Positions 51,101-59,354 of a DNA stretch of 64,000 nt are shown piece by piece. The DNA lies in contig JBMOPW010000032.1 in the NCBI GenBank assembly GCA_049322915.1, positions 178,496 to 242,495 on the forward strand, read 5' to 3'. The notes beneath the pieces are model-generated. The model was given only the letters and a program-made list of their open reading frames with translations, ran no database searches and was not told the origin of the DNA. The stretch's first letter is position 1; each line of letters opens with the position of its first letter. This DNA is from Candidatus Zhuqueibacterota bacterium (GTDB taxonomy: Bacteria > Zhuqueibacterota > Zhuqueibacteria > Thermofontimicrobiales > Thermofontimicrobiaceae). The position numbers were made by a program, and so were the translations under genes.

Positions 51101-53118
51101 TTGGTTTCAAAGAAGATGAACAAGAACTTTTAGAGAATATTGGCAAACAGGTCGGCTTGGCCGTGAGTAAGCTTCAAGAAGCTCAGGCCAATGTCTGGCA
51201 AAGCAATATCATCTCCAGCACCCTCCGTGCAATTCAGGGCATTGAGACGAAATTCCTGGGGCAGTTCAATCTTGATGAAGTGGAAGAAAGCCATATTCAC
51301 TACATGTTTGAGAAAATATATTTTATCATTCTCACCGGCCTCACCATGAAAAGTCCCTATGGCTACAACCGGGCAGCGATTTTCAGATTTGAGAACAATC
51401 AATTGGTGTGCAAGCGGGGAATTGGTCCTAAGAATGAGGAAACAGGCTTTAATCTTTATTCCCGCAAGATTTGGGACAATATAATGGACGAAGAAAATAG
51501 CAGTCCCTATGATGAGCTATTTGAGAAAATCAGCAGTAACTTTGATGACTTCAAGGATTTCTATGGCAGCAATGATCCCAATGATAAATCAGTTTTCCTG
51601 AGTGAAGATTTCAACCGATTTGTAAAAAAAATTACCCTTACACCGGATGATGAAATAAGGAAATTTTACCATTCGTTGAAGGAGAATAAAAATGAGTTCC
51701 TGAGTGAAAATGGCGAGGATTATAAAGGTGATAGTAGTCATTTTCTATCGAAAATAAAAGCATACAACTGGCTGGTTTGCCCGCTCATTGTCGAGAATGA
51801 ACCGGCAGGACTCATCTTTGTGGACAATCGCTACAATCACAGACCGATCCTTGAAAATGATATTCACATGTTGAAACAGTTCCTTGATAGAATCAGCGTC
51901 ACACTGGGCAAACTGGAAGCACTGAAAAAACAGATGCGACAGGCCCGATCCCAGGCGTCGCTGTTCAAAATAATGGAGACACTCACTTCGAAGTTGAAAA
52001 TGGAAGAGAACGTTCAAATCATTCAATCTGAATTGCGCCGGATTATGCCAGCCATTTCCGGGATTTGCCTGCTGCAAAAAACAGATGCCGGGTATGTCCC
52101 AATTTCGACCTGTCTGAATAAAGCCAAGGCAAATTGCGAGCGCTGTGAGCGAACGGATAGAGATTGTTTGAAGGGTAAAGAAGAGTATTATTGTGAAAAA
52201 AAAGGAGATGATCCGTGTTTCAGAAACGCCGGTGGAAATTTCATCTCCCGATATCTGGCCGTTTTAGCCTATAATCAAGAGGAGTTGGGCATATTGGATG
52301 TGGATAGTCATCTGGAAAAAGCGTTTGATCAGGATGATTTGAGAATTTTAAAGAGCGTGGCTAATTATTTGTCCATCGAAATAATGGAGGCAAGGATTAC
52401 GAAAGACCGCGAGGAGATAATAAAAGAAAAGGAACAGAGCTTCAATGAAATCGCCCATCAAATGAAAACGCCGCTGATCAATGTCGAAAGGCTATCCCGG
52501 AATTTTATAAATTTCGAGTTGACTGAAGAGGAGAAAAAACGATCATTGAACACCATCGCCAGTGAGGCGAAGAAGGCTCTGAATTTTACGAAACAGATTC
52601 TGGATTTGAATTATCTTGCCTACAGCAATAAACAATTCGATCTCGTCATGAAGCCGGTCGCCAGAATTGTCCGGGAATCGATCAACAATAATCGGCCTAT
52701 TGCAGACGACAAAAACATCGAGATCAAAGTGGACGGTCTTTCCGAAAATATTTACGCCGAGGTAAATGAGGAGAATTTAATCAAAGCGCTGTCCAATATA
52801 ATTAATAATGCGGTGAAATATTCAAAGAATGAATCGAAAATACAATTGGCTGTGAAGGAGGTGAATAAAGAAATACAGTTTATGGTTCAGGATCATGGCG
52901 TTGGTATTCCGGAAAAGGAGTTGCCCAGAATATTTGATAAACATGAACGAGGCGCCTACGCGAAAGAGGTGCTCATTGAGGGCATTGGCATAGGGCTGGC
53001 CATTACAAAACTCATTGTAGATAAGCATCAGGGGAGGATAAAGGTGGAATCAAAAATAGGAGAAGGGAGTACATTTACCATTATTATTCCAAAAGAGAAA
53101 GAGAGGAGAAATGCCTGA
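48157..53118 (+). CDS. Giant sensor histidine kinase: degenerate STAND (AAA_35-like) domain, TPR, GAF/PAS array, HisKA-HATPase
   Basis: GPRYSEKT / IVLNRLQ / SPFNI / HPYF; PAS with KCY...CPECP; several GAF repeats; AHQMKTPL, NAVKYS, DHGVGIP, GIGIGLAI. Confidence 0.85.
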   Translation: MSSRNDFQQIIIAGIIRGNYYSLLGPRYSEKTFFLQKVIEELEKDEFMKCIYWEATELQRVTKAKTLYNNLQRIIELKLREAYDGDSTSIRKPARDKEFPALFSQPINSSNRFQEFLSVILKNYNYRFVIVLNRLQLLPKYVTRGILSSLREIYNSREVKKEFTRLNVIISGSSNLLEFTNDENSPFNISHPLLLGPLTRDEAQSKLNAYSEHEIYCTMKAREYLLKEFNNHPYFISNISPVIFKYVHGKDEHAVTLDHARRYLNDFIRDQVQNLSDRYLKEMVVRVKDDIDIYEAILELLNSGKVNHQEPERGVSKYTLSGAMVKNKRMLEFTNNVVKRFLKLYFNDLTKGDIYLKFSQWEKALDHYKKHKANPDRRTKILELKRIEESITSLITLINKCMESVKVWEYFVDSLYYIIGFDSVEIFELKVRDHTKVMRLTRRHCRNPRHGKYLTITSRSENLARYALESNKYVLSFNGREAAFPTRSWDEKRKWIVLFDMINTRKEIQEDLCKIIEHFLVITTSVIDRLYSNFDMFDMLGEEVSIIDRDYNMLYMNKARRDKFDAEIDVSKEMKCYHKLAGRKLLAEGENGSDAGVCPECPAKEVFEESEKTSRMALRRPQSFCCEIANNKEYYLLQTSLTMRDEYGKFTRAINISRDVTKIKRANDLIDDIINIQQHENLDELFQLVLKNISLMGYDRVRFYEYFLEKQGDAKLVLNHYYGMGERTYLNRFVLDLNSMGVLREAFDNKNLVVCRVRKSDFPERSWGWIQTLELENLDVLFAPIYNNNRPFGLLSIDNKTSHVRFEEEDKRTINNIARYIMSAVQNILFSKNQKILFQITSELHNHTMLKTLLPRICESILMQFNVRTCAIFLFNKYRNHLGAYSTKIMLDGKITTININEHYVPGEAITGKVYAHGRPVIINDLANYPGDIRDDYKAKTEKHIKEKIKNCLFVPIISESKILGIIRIVNKLNANKKLSSIGFKEDEQELLENIGKQVGLAVSKLQEAQANVWQSNIISSTLRAIQGIETKFLGQFNLDEVEESHIHYMFEKIYFIILTGLTMKSPYGYNRAAIFRFENNQLVCKRGIGPKNEETGFNLYSRKIWDNIMDEENSSPYDELFEKISSNFDDFKDFYGSNDPNDKSVFLSEDFNRFVKKITLTPDDEIRKFYHSLKENKNEFLSENGEDYKGDSSHFLSKIKAYNWLVCPLIVENEPAGLIFVDNRYNHRPILENDIHMLKQFLDRISVTLGKLEALKKQMRQARSQASLFKIMETLTSKLKMEENVQIIQSELRRIMPAISGICLLQKTDAGYVPISTCLNKAKANCERCERTDRDCLKGKEEYYCEKKGDDPCFRNAGGNFISRYLAVLAYNQEELGILDVDSHLEKAFDQDDLRILKSVANYLSIEIMEARITKDREEIIKEKEQSFNEIAHQMKTPLINVERLSRNFINFELTEEEKKRSLNTIASEAKKALNFTKQILDLNYLAYSNKQFDLVMKPVARIVRESINNNRPIADDKNIEIKVDGLSENIYAEVNEENLIKALSNIINNAVKYSKNESKIQLAVKEVNKEIQFMVQDHGVGIPEKELPRIFDKHERGAYAKEVLIEGIGIGLAITKLIVDKHQGRIKVESKIGEGSTFTIIIPKEKERRNA

Positions 53119-53488
53119 AAAGCTTCTTTACATCGAAGATAATGAGGCCCAACAATTGGCCTGGGAAATGGTTTTCAGGAACTTAGGCGGATTTGAAGTG
53201 GACCTGGCAAGCAATGGACTTGAAGGATTGGAAAAATTGAACACTTCCTACTCCGTCATCGTCCTGGATATGTCTTTGCCAAAATTGAACGGTCTTGGCT
53301 TTCTTGATAGATTGCATTCCGAAGACCGATACTGTGAATTTCGAAAAATTCCTATCGTGGTATTTACGGTGTGGGGGGACCTTCAGGATGTTGAACAAAA
53401 ATGCCAGCATTACCATGTGAAACTCATTAGCAAAGAGGAGGATGACGAGTTTGTCGTGCAAGAAATTAAAAAATTTATTCATAACTGA
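53111..53488 (+). CDS. Single-domain response regulator (CheY-like)
   Basis: YIEDN, VLDMSLPKLNG, IPIVVFT, conserved Lys (ISK). Confidence 0.88.
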   Translation: MPEKLLYIEDNEAQQLAWEMVFRNLGGFEVDLASNGLEGLEKLNTSYSVIVLDMSLPKLNGLGFLDRLHSEDRYCEFRKIPIVVFTVWGDLQDVEQKCQHYHVKLISKEEDDEFVVQEIKKFIHN

Positions 53489-53498
53489 TGGAGGAAAA

Positions 53499-54338
53499 AT
53501 GGATTCTAAAGATAAAATGAAAGGCGCGGATGAGCTTTTTAAAGAGGGGAAGCTGGCAGAAAAGGAGGAGCGATGGAGAGATGCGACGCAGTTATTTGAA
53601 AAGGCGGCAGAAGGATTTAACCTTCAAATTCAGTCCGCGCCTTCAGAGGGACGTATAAAAGAGGATGTTGTGATTCATTATTTGAGGTCCCGGATCAGCG
53701 GGTTGCTGAATCTGTTTCGATTCGAGTTTGAGGAGACGGATGAAATTGATGTACAGCGGGCCATCGATAAAATTGAGTTGTACCAGAAAGACAGGAATGA
53801 CAAGCTACAGAGATACCCTTCAGTTTTTCGAATGTCGAGTTCCATCGAACGAAGCTTAATTAATAAACTCGGAGAAAGCCTTTCGGCGCGCGGATTGAAG
53901 GAAGAATCAAGCCTGATTTTCCAGGAAGGTCAAAAACTGGAGACAGAGATATTAAAGACCCAATGCCGGCTATTGTTGAAAGAGAAAAAATTCGTCCAAT
54001 TTGGGGAGCGCGCGATTCACTGGGGGATCCGACAGGTTTTTTATAACTGGTACCTCGGTTATGGAGTTCGAATTCAGAATCTGGTCTGGTCGGCTTTGAT
54101 AATCCTGTTCGTCTTTGGATTTTTGTTCGCGACGATTGAGACGATCGAAGTCACAGAAGGTCCTGGATTTAATTTCGCAGATGGTCTGTTTGGAAGCGTG
54201 ATGACTTTTATTGGTTTCGATTTCAGTTCGATAGAGCCATTTACCCGCACTGGAAAGTGGCTCGTGAGTATAGAAGGCTTTCTCGGGTTCGTCACCTTTG
54301 GCGGAATCATCGCTTATATCTGGCGGAAGCTGAAATGA
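53499..54338 (+). CDS. Helical N-terminal domain plus 2-TM ion-channel-like (Ion_trans_2) domain
   Basis: LGYGVR, TM1, pore helix FADGLFGSVMTFIGFDF, P..R.GKW, TM2 EGFLG; GGAGG RBS. Confidence 0.7.
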   Translation: MDSKDKMKGADELFKEGKLAEKEERWRDATQLFEKAAEGFNLQIQSAPSEGRIKEDVVIHYLRSRISGLLNLFRFEFEETDEIDVQRAIDKIELYQKDRNDKLQRYPSVFRMSSSIERSLINKLGESLSARGLKEESSLIFQEGQKLETEILKTQCRLLLKEKKFVQFGERAIHWGIRQVFYNWYLGYGVRIQNLVWSALIILFVFGFLFATIETIEVTEGPGFNFADGLFGSVMTFIGFDFSSIEPFTRTGKWLVSIEGFLGFVTFGGIIAYIWRKLK

Positions 54339-54342
54339 CCAC

Positions 54343-56541
54343 CTAAAATTCCCCGGTAATTCCCACTGTAAAATTTCGGATTTCGGCCATATTGCGTTCT
54401 ATTTGCGTGTAATAATAGTCCAGCGCATTATTCACGGCCAATTGTAAATCCACATTGGCGAGATGATAGATGATCCTGAAATTCCAGACTTTTTGCGGCA
54501 CGCGATCATCATAATAATATAATTTGACTGCCTCGATGCGGCTGGCGTAGCGATATTCGGAATGCAGTTCCACATTACCCAGATGCAGTGACGGATGAAC
54601 GAAGGCAATCACTTTCGGGCGATAGGTCAGTGGCTCGTGGGTGATGACGTCTTCATGATCCAACACTGTGGCTGTCGCTTGAAGATGCAATCTCTTTTTC
54701 CACCAGTGTCCGCCAGTTGTAAACTCCATTCCCTGAATTCGCGCCTTGAGCAAATTTTTGAAGCGCACGGCGACCCGGATATCCTGAGCAAATTGAATTT
54801 CGCTCTGCCTCAAATCGATTTCAATGAGATTATCGAAGTCATTTCGGAAAGCGCCTATTTCGAAGAACCAGTTTTTGGTGACATACTGGCGCAGCCCAAC
54901 ATCGTACGACCAGGAGGTCTCTGCCTTGAGCTCCGGATTGGCTTCGACAATGACGCTGCTGCTTTCAAAATCCAGAAATCGTTCGGCAATGGTAGCGGCG
55001 CGAAAACCGCTGCCGGCAGAGGCCCGCAGAATGGTGTTTTCAAATGGCGTGTAATTGACGCCAAAACGGGGACTTACGAGGCTCTGCGCCATGCCATCGA
55101 CCAACTGGTAGCGATCGTAGCGCAGGCCTGGTGTGAACCGCAGTTTGTTGAACAACCGATATTCAGCCTGTCCATACAGCCCAATCGTGTAACCCTGATG
55201 ATCGCCGAAATACTTGGTGCTGCCAGTATCCCATTTGAATTCACAACCGTAAGTCAAATCCAGGTTGGAGAATGGCAAGTAATCACCTTGAATTTCAGCG
55301 CCAAGCCCTTTGGCCGGATTGAAATCGGTGGATTTGATGAACTCATTGCCCATCAGCGTCATCAAGTAGGACACCCGAAATTTTAGGGCCGCTTTCGAAG
55401 TGAGAATCCAGTTGAACTTGGTGTAAAAATTAGCCATCTTTATTTCACCGCGGCTGTTGCGGTTGGACGGCTTCACCTCGAATGGCTGCCGGGGGTCATC
55501 CCATCCGACATAAATGCCGCCGGCGTTGTAATTATAGGCGCTGTAAAGAGTCCAATTCGAACCACCTTTGAAATTGTAAGTGAATTTTCCAGTCGCATTC
55601 CACCGTTTGAAATCACCAACTTCGGTGAAGCCGGTGGATACATGCCGGCCCACAGAGACCCGAAATGCCAACGGCCCCAGGCGGCGACTGTGGCTGATGT
55701 CCACGCGGCTGAACTGTAGTGGGATGCTTGTCCACTTCCATTCATCGTACCGCGGCTCATCGTACTCGCCCCCGATGAGTTGCACCAGAGTTTTCCCCTG
55801 TTCATTCGGCGATTTTGTGATGATATTAATCACTCCACCGAGCGCGGCGGTTCCCCACAACGCAGAACCGGCGCCCTTGACCACTTCGATCTGTTCAATA
55901 TCCAGCACCGGCAGCAGATCCCAATTGAATTGACCGGTATCGCTGGTCATCACCGGAACGCCGTCCAGCAGCAACAAAGTACGGTTGGCTGCCCCAATCG
56001 TGAATCCGGTCGATCCCCGAATATTGACCTGGTCGCGAATGAAGTTCACCCCGGGGACTGTCTCCAGAACCTGATCCACACGCAGCGCGTTCTTCTGCCG
56101 AATTTCCGGAGCGGAGACGACCGAGACGCTGTTGGGCGTTTCGTCCAGGTCTTTCTTCATTTTATTGGCGGTGACAATGACCGGCGCAAAATTAATGACA
56201 GTCTCCTCCAACTGAATGTTCAGACGAATCACCTCATTTGCGGCGACGACGATTCCCGAATGGATGGCCGGCAAATGGCCAATCATCGTGGCGCGAATCG
56301 CGTATTGGCCCACCGGCACATGCGATATGGAAAAATTACCATTGAAATCACTGCTTGCGCCTAATGTGGTCCCGACAACTTGTATATTCACGCCCGGCAA
56401 TTTCTTGCCGGATGCCAGTTCTGTCACAGTGCCGGCGATTGTCCCATGCTCCTTTGCGAGGAGAGTGGTTGTCAGTGTCGAGAGAGAAAAGACTATTATT
56501 AGCCAGTGAGTGAAGGCGGAGTGTTGTCGATTTAACTTCAA
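54343..56541 (-). CDS. TonB-dependent receptor with carboxypeptidase-regulatory-like N-terminal domain
   Basis: GTIAGTV..LPGVNI, VIVTAN, plug (NIRG, LLLLDGVP, IEVVKGAGSALWG), terminal Phe. Confidence 0.92.
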   Translation of the reverse strand: MKLNRQHSAFTHWLIIVFSLSTLTTTLLAKEHGTIAGTVTELASGKKLPGVNIQVVGTTLGASSDFNGNFSISHVPVGQYAIRATMIGHLPAIHSGIVVAANEVIRLNIQLEETVINFAPVIVTANKMKKDLDETPNSVSVVSAPEIRQKNALRVDQVLETVPGVNFIRDQVNIRGSTGFTIGAANRTLLLLDGVPVMTSDTGQFNWDLLPVLDIEQIEVVKGAGSALWGTAALGGVINIITKSPNEQGKTLVQLIGGEYDEPRYDEWKWTSIPLQFSRVDISHSRRLGPLAFRVSVGRHVSTGFTEVGDFKRWNATGKFTYNFKGGSNWTLYSAYNYNAGGIYVGWDDPRQPFEVKPSNRNSRGEIKMANFYTKFNWILTSKAALKFRVSYLMTLMGNEFIKSTDFNPAKGLGAEIQGDYLPFSNLDLTYGCEFKWDTGSTKYFGDHQGYTIGLYGQAEYRLFNKLRFTPGLRYDRYQLVDGMAQSLVSPRFGVNYTPFENTILRASAGSGFRAATIAERFLDFESSSVIVEANPELKAETSWSYDVGLRQYVTKNWFFEIGAFRNDFDNLIEIDLRQSEIQFAQDIRVAVRFKNLLKARIQGMEFTTGGHWWKKRLHLQATATVLDHEDVITHEPLTYRPKVIAFVHPSLHLGNVELHSEYRYASRIEAVKLYYYDDRVPQKVWNFRIIYHLANVDLQLAVNNALDYYYTQIERNMAEIRNFTVGITGEF

Positions 56542-56558
56542 TTTTCTTTCCCTGAATT

Positions 56559-57392
56559 TTATGGAAATTCAATAGCATTAAAATTAACATGGATATCGAT
56601 GTTTTCTGCTTCGCCGCCAAAGGTCATATCCACGGTGCCCGGTTCACCCGGCGAATTGGCATTTTCATAAAACCCAATCGGAATGAGATCGGACAGGTTT
56701 TTGATGCTGCTCCCAACCCAGAAAAGTACGATGTAGTTGTAGACGCTCGAATTTACCGCCAGCCGGTAAGAGGACGAATCGACGTAAATAGGCTGAGTGT
56801 AATCGACATTTTCGAACAGCAGGTAATTCATGTCGGAGACAGGCTTGGTTCGGTAAATCGCCAGGAGCAATAATTGTGTGTCTTCAGGCCATGTTCCGGC
56901 GTAGGAAATATCTCCTGAAATATGCGCGTCTTTAGAAACAGTCTGCCAGTTGGCATAAATCGTCACGTCCTTTGCCACTGGATTTTCTTTCGAGACAGTG
57001 ACTGTGCCGGGCAAAATCGATTGCAGATCGCCGGTATAAAATCCGATCAGTCCGGTCAAATCCCAGTCCTTTCCCTTCTCCCGCCAGAGCACGCCAATCA
57101 TTTCGTACGAAGTGGGCGAAACATTGATTTTGAAGCTGACATCGTTGCCCTTGCTGTAATCCAATGCGCCGGAACTGCCCAGGTAGAGGAAGTTCTGCGG
57201 GTCCTGCGGGGGAAATTCTTTCAGCGCAAAGACCTCGACGCGATCTGTATTCTCAGGCGCTTCGCCTTTGAAGAAAACGACTTTGCCCTGAATTTGATAA
57301 TTCACCGGGTACAGTCCGTGGTCAACTTCGCAGCTCAACATGGCAATCAGGGCAATGAAAAGAATAGCGCTAAACAAAATGATTTTTTTCAT
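56559..57392 (-). CDS. Hypothetical lipoprotein with two internal repeat domains
   Basis: Lipobox MLSC; repeated IQGKV / ISGDI beta domains. Confidence 0.75.
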   Translation of the reverse strand: MKKIILFSAILFIALIAMLSCEVDHGLYPVNYQIQGKVVFFKGEAPENTDRVEVFALKEFPPQDPQNFLYLGSSGALDYSKGNDVSFKINVSPTSYEMIGVLWREKGKDWDLTGLIGFYTGDLQSILPGTVTVSKENPVAKDVTIYANWQTVSKDAHISGDISYAGTWPEDTQLLLLAIYRTKPVSDMNYLLFENVDYTQPIYVDSSSYRLAVNSSVYNYIVLFWVGSSIKNLSDLIPIGFYENANSPGEPGTVDMTFGGEAENIDIHVNFNAIEFP

Positions 57393-57403
57393 CGTGTCCC
57401 TTA

Positions 57404-57564
57404 CCTGAATTATTCATGAACTTGCTCAGAATTTGAGTCAACATTCAGATTTTCACTTAGCTAAAGGCTAAGCGATTTTGAAACTCAGTTTTTATACGCT
57501 TATTCTAAAAAGAGCACCATTCAGGTTAGCCAGCCTCCTTTAAAAATACTATGAATAATGCAGG
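57404..57564. mobile_element. 161-bp MITE, copy 2 (inverted relative to copy 1)
   Basis: Same TIRs as copy 1; perfect 4-bp target duplication CTTA (57400-57403, 57565-57568). Confidence 0.88.
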
Positions 57565-57565
57565 C

Positions 57566-59209
57566 TTACTGGATGATAATGAGTTTTTTGGTCGCACTGA
57601 ACGAGTCAGTGGACATCTGGTAGAAGTAAATTCCGGATGGAACGCTTCTACCCTGCTGATCGCGTCCTGCCCAATGATACTGATAGGATCCAGCCGCAAG
57701 CTCGGCATTGACGAGCGTTGCCACCAACCGTCCCACAGAATCGAAAATGTTCAGAATGACGTGCGAATGCTTCATGATGGAAAAGGAAATCAATGTCGCT
57801 GCATTGAACGGATTGGGATAGTTCTGATCCAACTGGTTGCTCACAGGCATCCGGCCATCGTTCAATGTGGCCAGCGCCGATTGCGTAAATTTGGTCTGGG
57901 TTCGGGCGTGAAAGTCCACCGGGGATTTCAACTGTTCGCACAGCAAGGATGCAGCATCCGGGCTGAAATTCGCCGGCAGAAAATAATTGTAATAGATGAA
58001 ATTGAATGTGGTGGAATCGGTGACGTAATTTTCAATGTTCGAATCTAAAGAGAAACCGGAATCGGCGAACGAAGAATCATCGCCGGTATCGAACGCCAGT
58101 GCCGAGAGGTCCCCGGTTGAGCCGTCGGTGGCTTCGTGATAGTAAATTCGGATATTGTCGCCGAGGGGTGGTATGTAAAAAACATTGAGCAGGGCGCCTT
58201 GATTGCCGGCGCCCATGGTCCAATTTAACTCGTCCGGCTGACACATTGAATTGATAGCATCATTTGTCTTGTCTCCATCAATCGTAACGCCCGCGCGGTT
58301 GTTCTCGCTGAAAAATTTCATTCCCGACGCGTTATGATTAAAATCCCAGGACACGCGTATGATGTCGATCTCCGCGCCGTATTGCTTGGCGTCCTCTACC
58401 GGTATTTCCACCAGCCGAAACGTGCCATTCCAGGGATAGAAAAATGCCGTTTGAGTAAACGCTTCGTTGACTTCCAGCGCCTCGTACTGAAAATATCCGA
58501 ACATGTTTCGGATGACTCGAACCGGGCCGGTTTTGGCGTACGCATAGCCCATGCGGATGAGTTCTTCATCGAGAAAAATTGGCAAAATCCAGAGCGACCC
58601 AATTGCCCGGATTTTTATTCGATCGAAAATATCCTCACCGGCGCCGGCAGGCGATTTTATTGACACATCGCTCAGTTGGCCGGTAGAATTGAAGCCAACT
58701 TCATAATTAGCAGATGAAACCCGATCGTTAGCTGCGTCATAGGCCATGGCATAGGTATTTGGAATCGGGTCTGTGATTTCCGTGGAGTGGTACAGATAAA
58801 CATAACCGTACTTGTTGAAAGAATCAAAAATCAGAATTTCGTAGCGGATCGTATCCGTATTGGCTGCCCATTCCAGAGAATCAGCGCGATCACCCAGATC
58901 ATTGGCCATGAAGACAAGCTCGTCGTTCGCGTCGAAAATGCCGGCCATGTCATTTTCCGGGACAAAATATTTCAATGAATCCTCCACGTCCGGATTGACT
59001 TCATCAATTTGAAAAGGGATCATATTCCAGGTATCGCTGCCGGCATGGTAGGAGAATAAATACAGGTGCGTCACGTCGCGGTTCGGAAGGTCGGAGAGCG
59101 AGCTACCGGTGAGAATAATGGGTTCGTACATCCGGTTGATTTGGGAGTGGCTCAGATTTGGAAAGAGGAGAAGCAAGCAGATCAATGCGTAGAAGAATCG
59201 GATTTTCAT
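57566..59209 (-). CDS. Secreted protein with T9SS type A/FlgD-Ig C-terminal domain
   Basis: Signal peptide; QNYPNPFN...VPSGIYFY...KKLIII. Confidence 0.85.
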   Translation of the reverse strand: MKIRFFYALICLLLLFPNLSHSQINRMYEPIILTGSSLSDLPNRDVTHLYLFSYHAGSDTWNMIPFQIDEVNPDVEDSLKYFVPENDMAGIFDANDELVFMANDLGDRADSLEWAANTDTIRYEILIFDSFNKYGYVYLYHSTEITDPIPNTYAMAYDAANDRVSSANYEVGFNSTGQLSDVSIKSPAGAGEDIFDRIKIRAIGSLWILPIFLDEELIRMGYAYAKTGPVRVIRNMFGYFQYEALEVNEAFTQTAFFYPWNGTFRLVEIPVEDAKQYGAEIDIIRVSWDFNHNASGMKFFSENNRAGVTIDGDKTNDAINSMCQPDELNWTMGAGNQGALLNVFYIPPLGDNIRIYYHEATDGSTGDLSALAFDTGDDSSFADSGFSLDSNIENYVTDSTTFNFIYYNYFLPANFSPDAASLLCEQLKSPVDFHARTQTKFTQSALATLNDGRMPVSNQLDQNYPNPFNAATLISFSIMKHSHVILNIFDSVGRLVATLVNAELAAGSYQYHWAGRDQQGRSVPSGIYFYQMSTDSFSATKKLIIIQ

Positions 59210-59354
59210 AAATGCCTCATCATTCGAGTCGTTAGTTGTCAGGACTGTAATAAAAGTTATGGTAACTTATCAAAATCAGAACAAAAATGCAAGTGAATAT
59301 TTTCTGGATGGACGTTCGCGCCTGCTAATGCAGGTGGGGCAATAATGCGGACAG

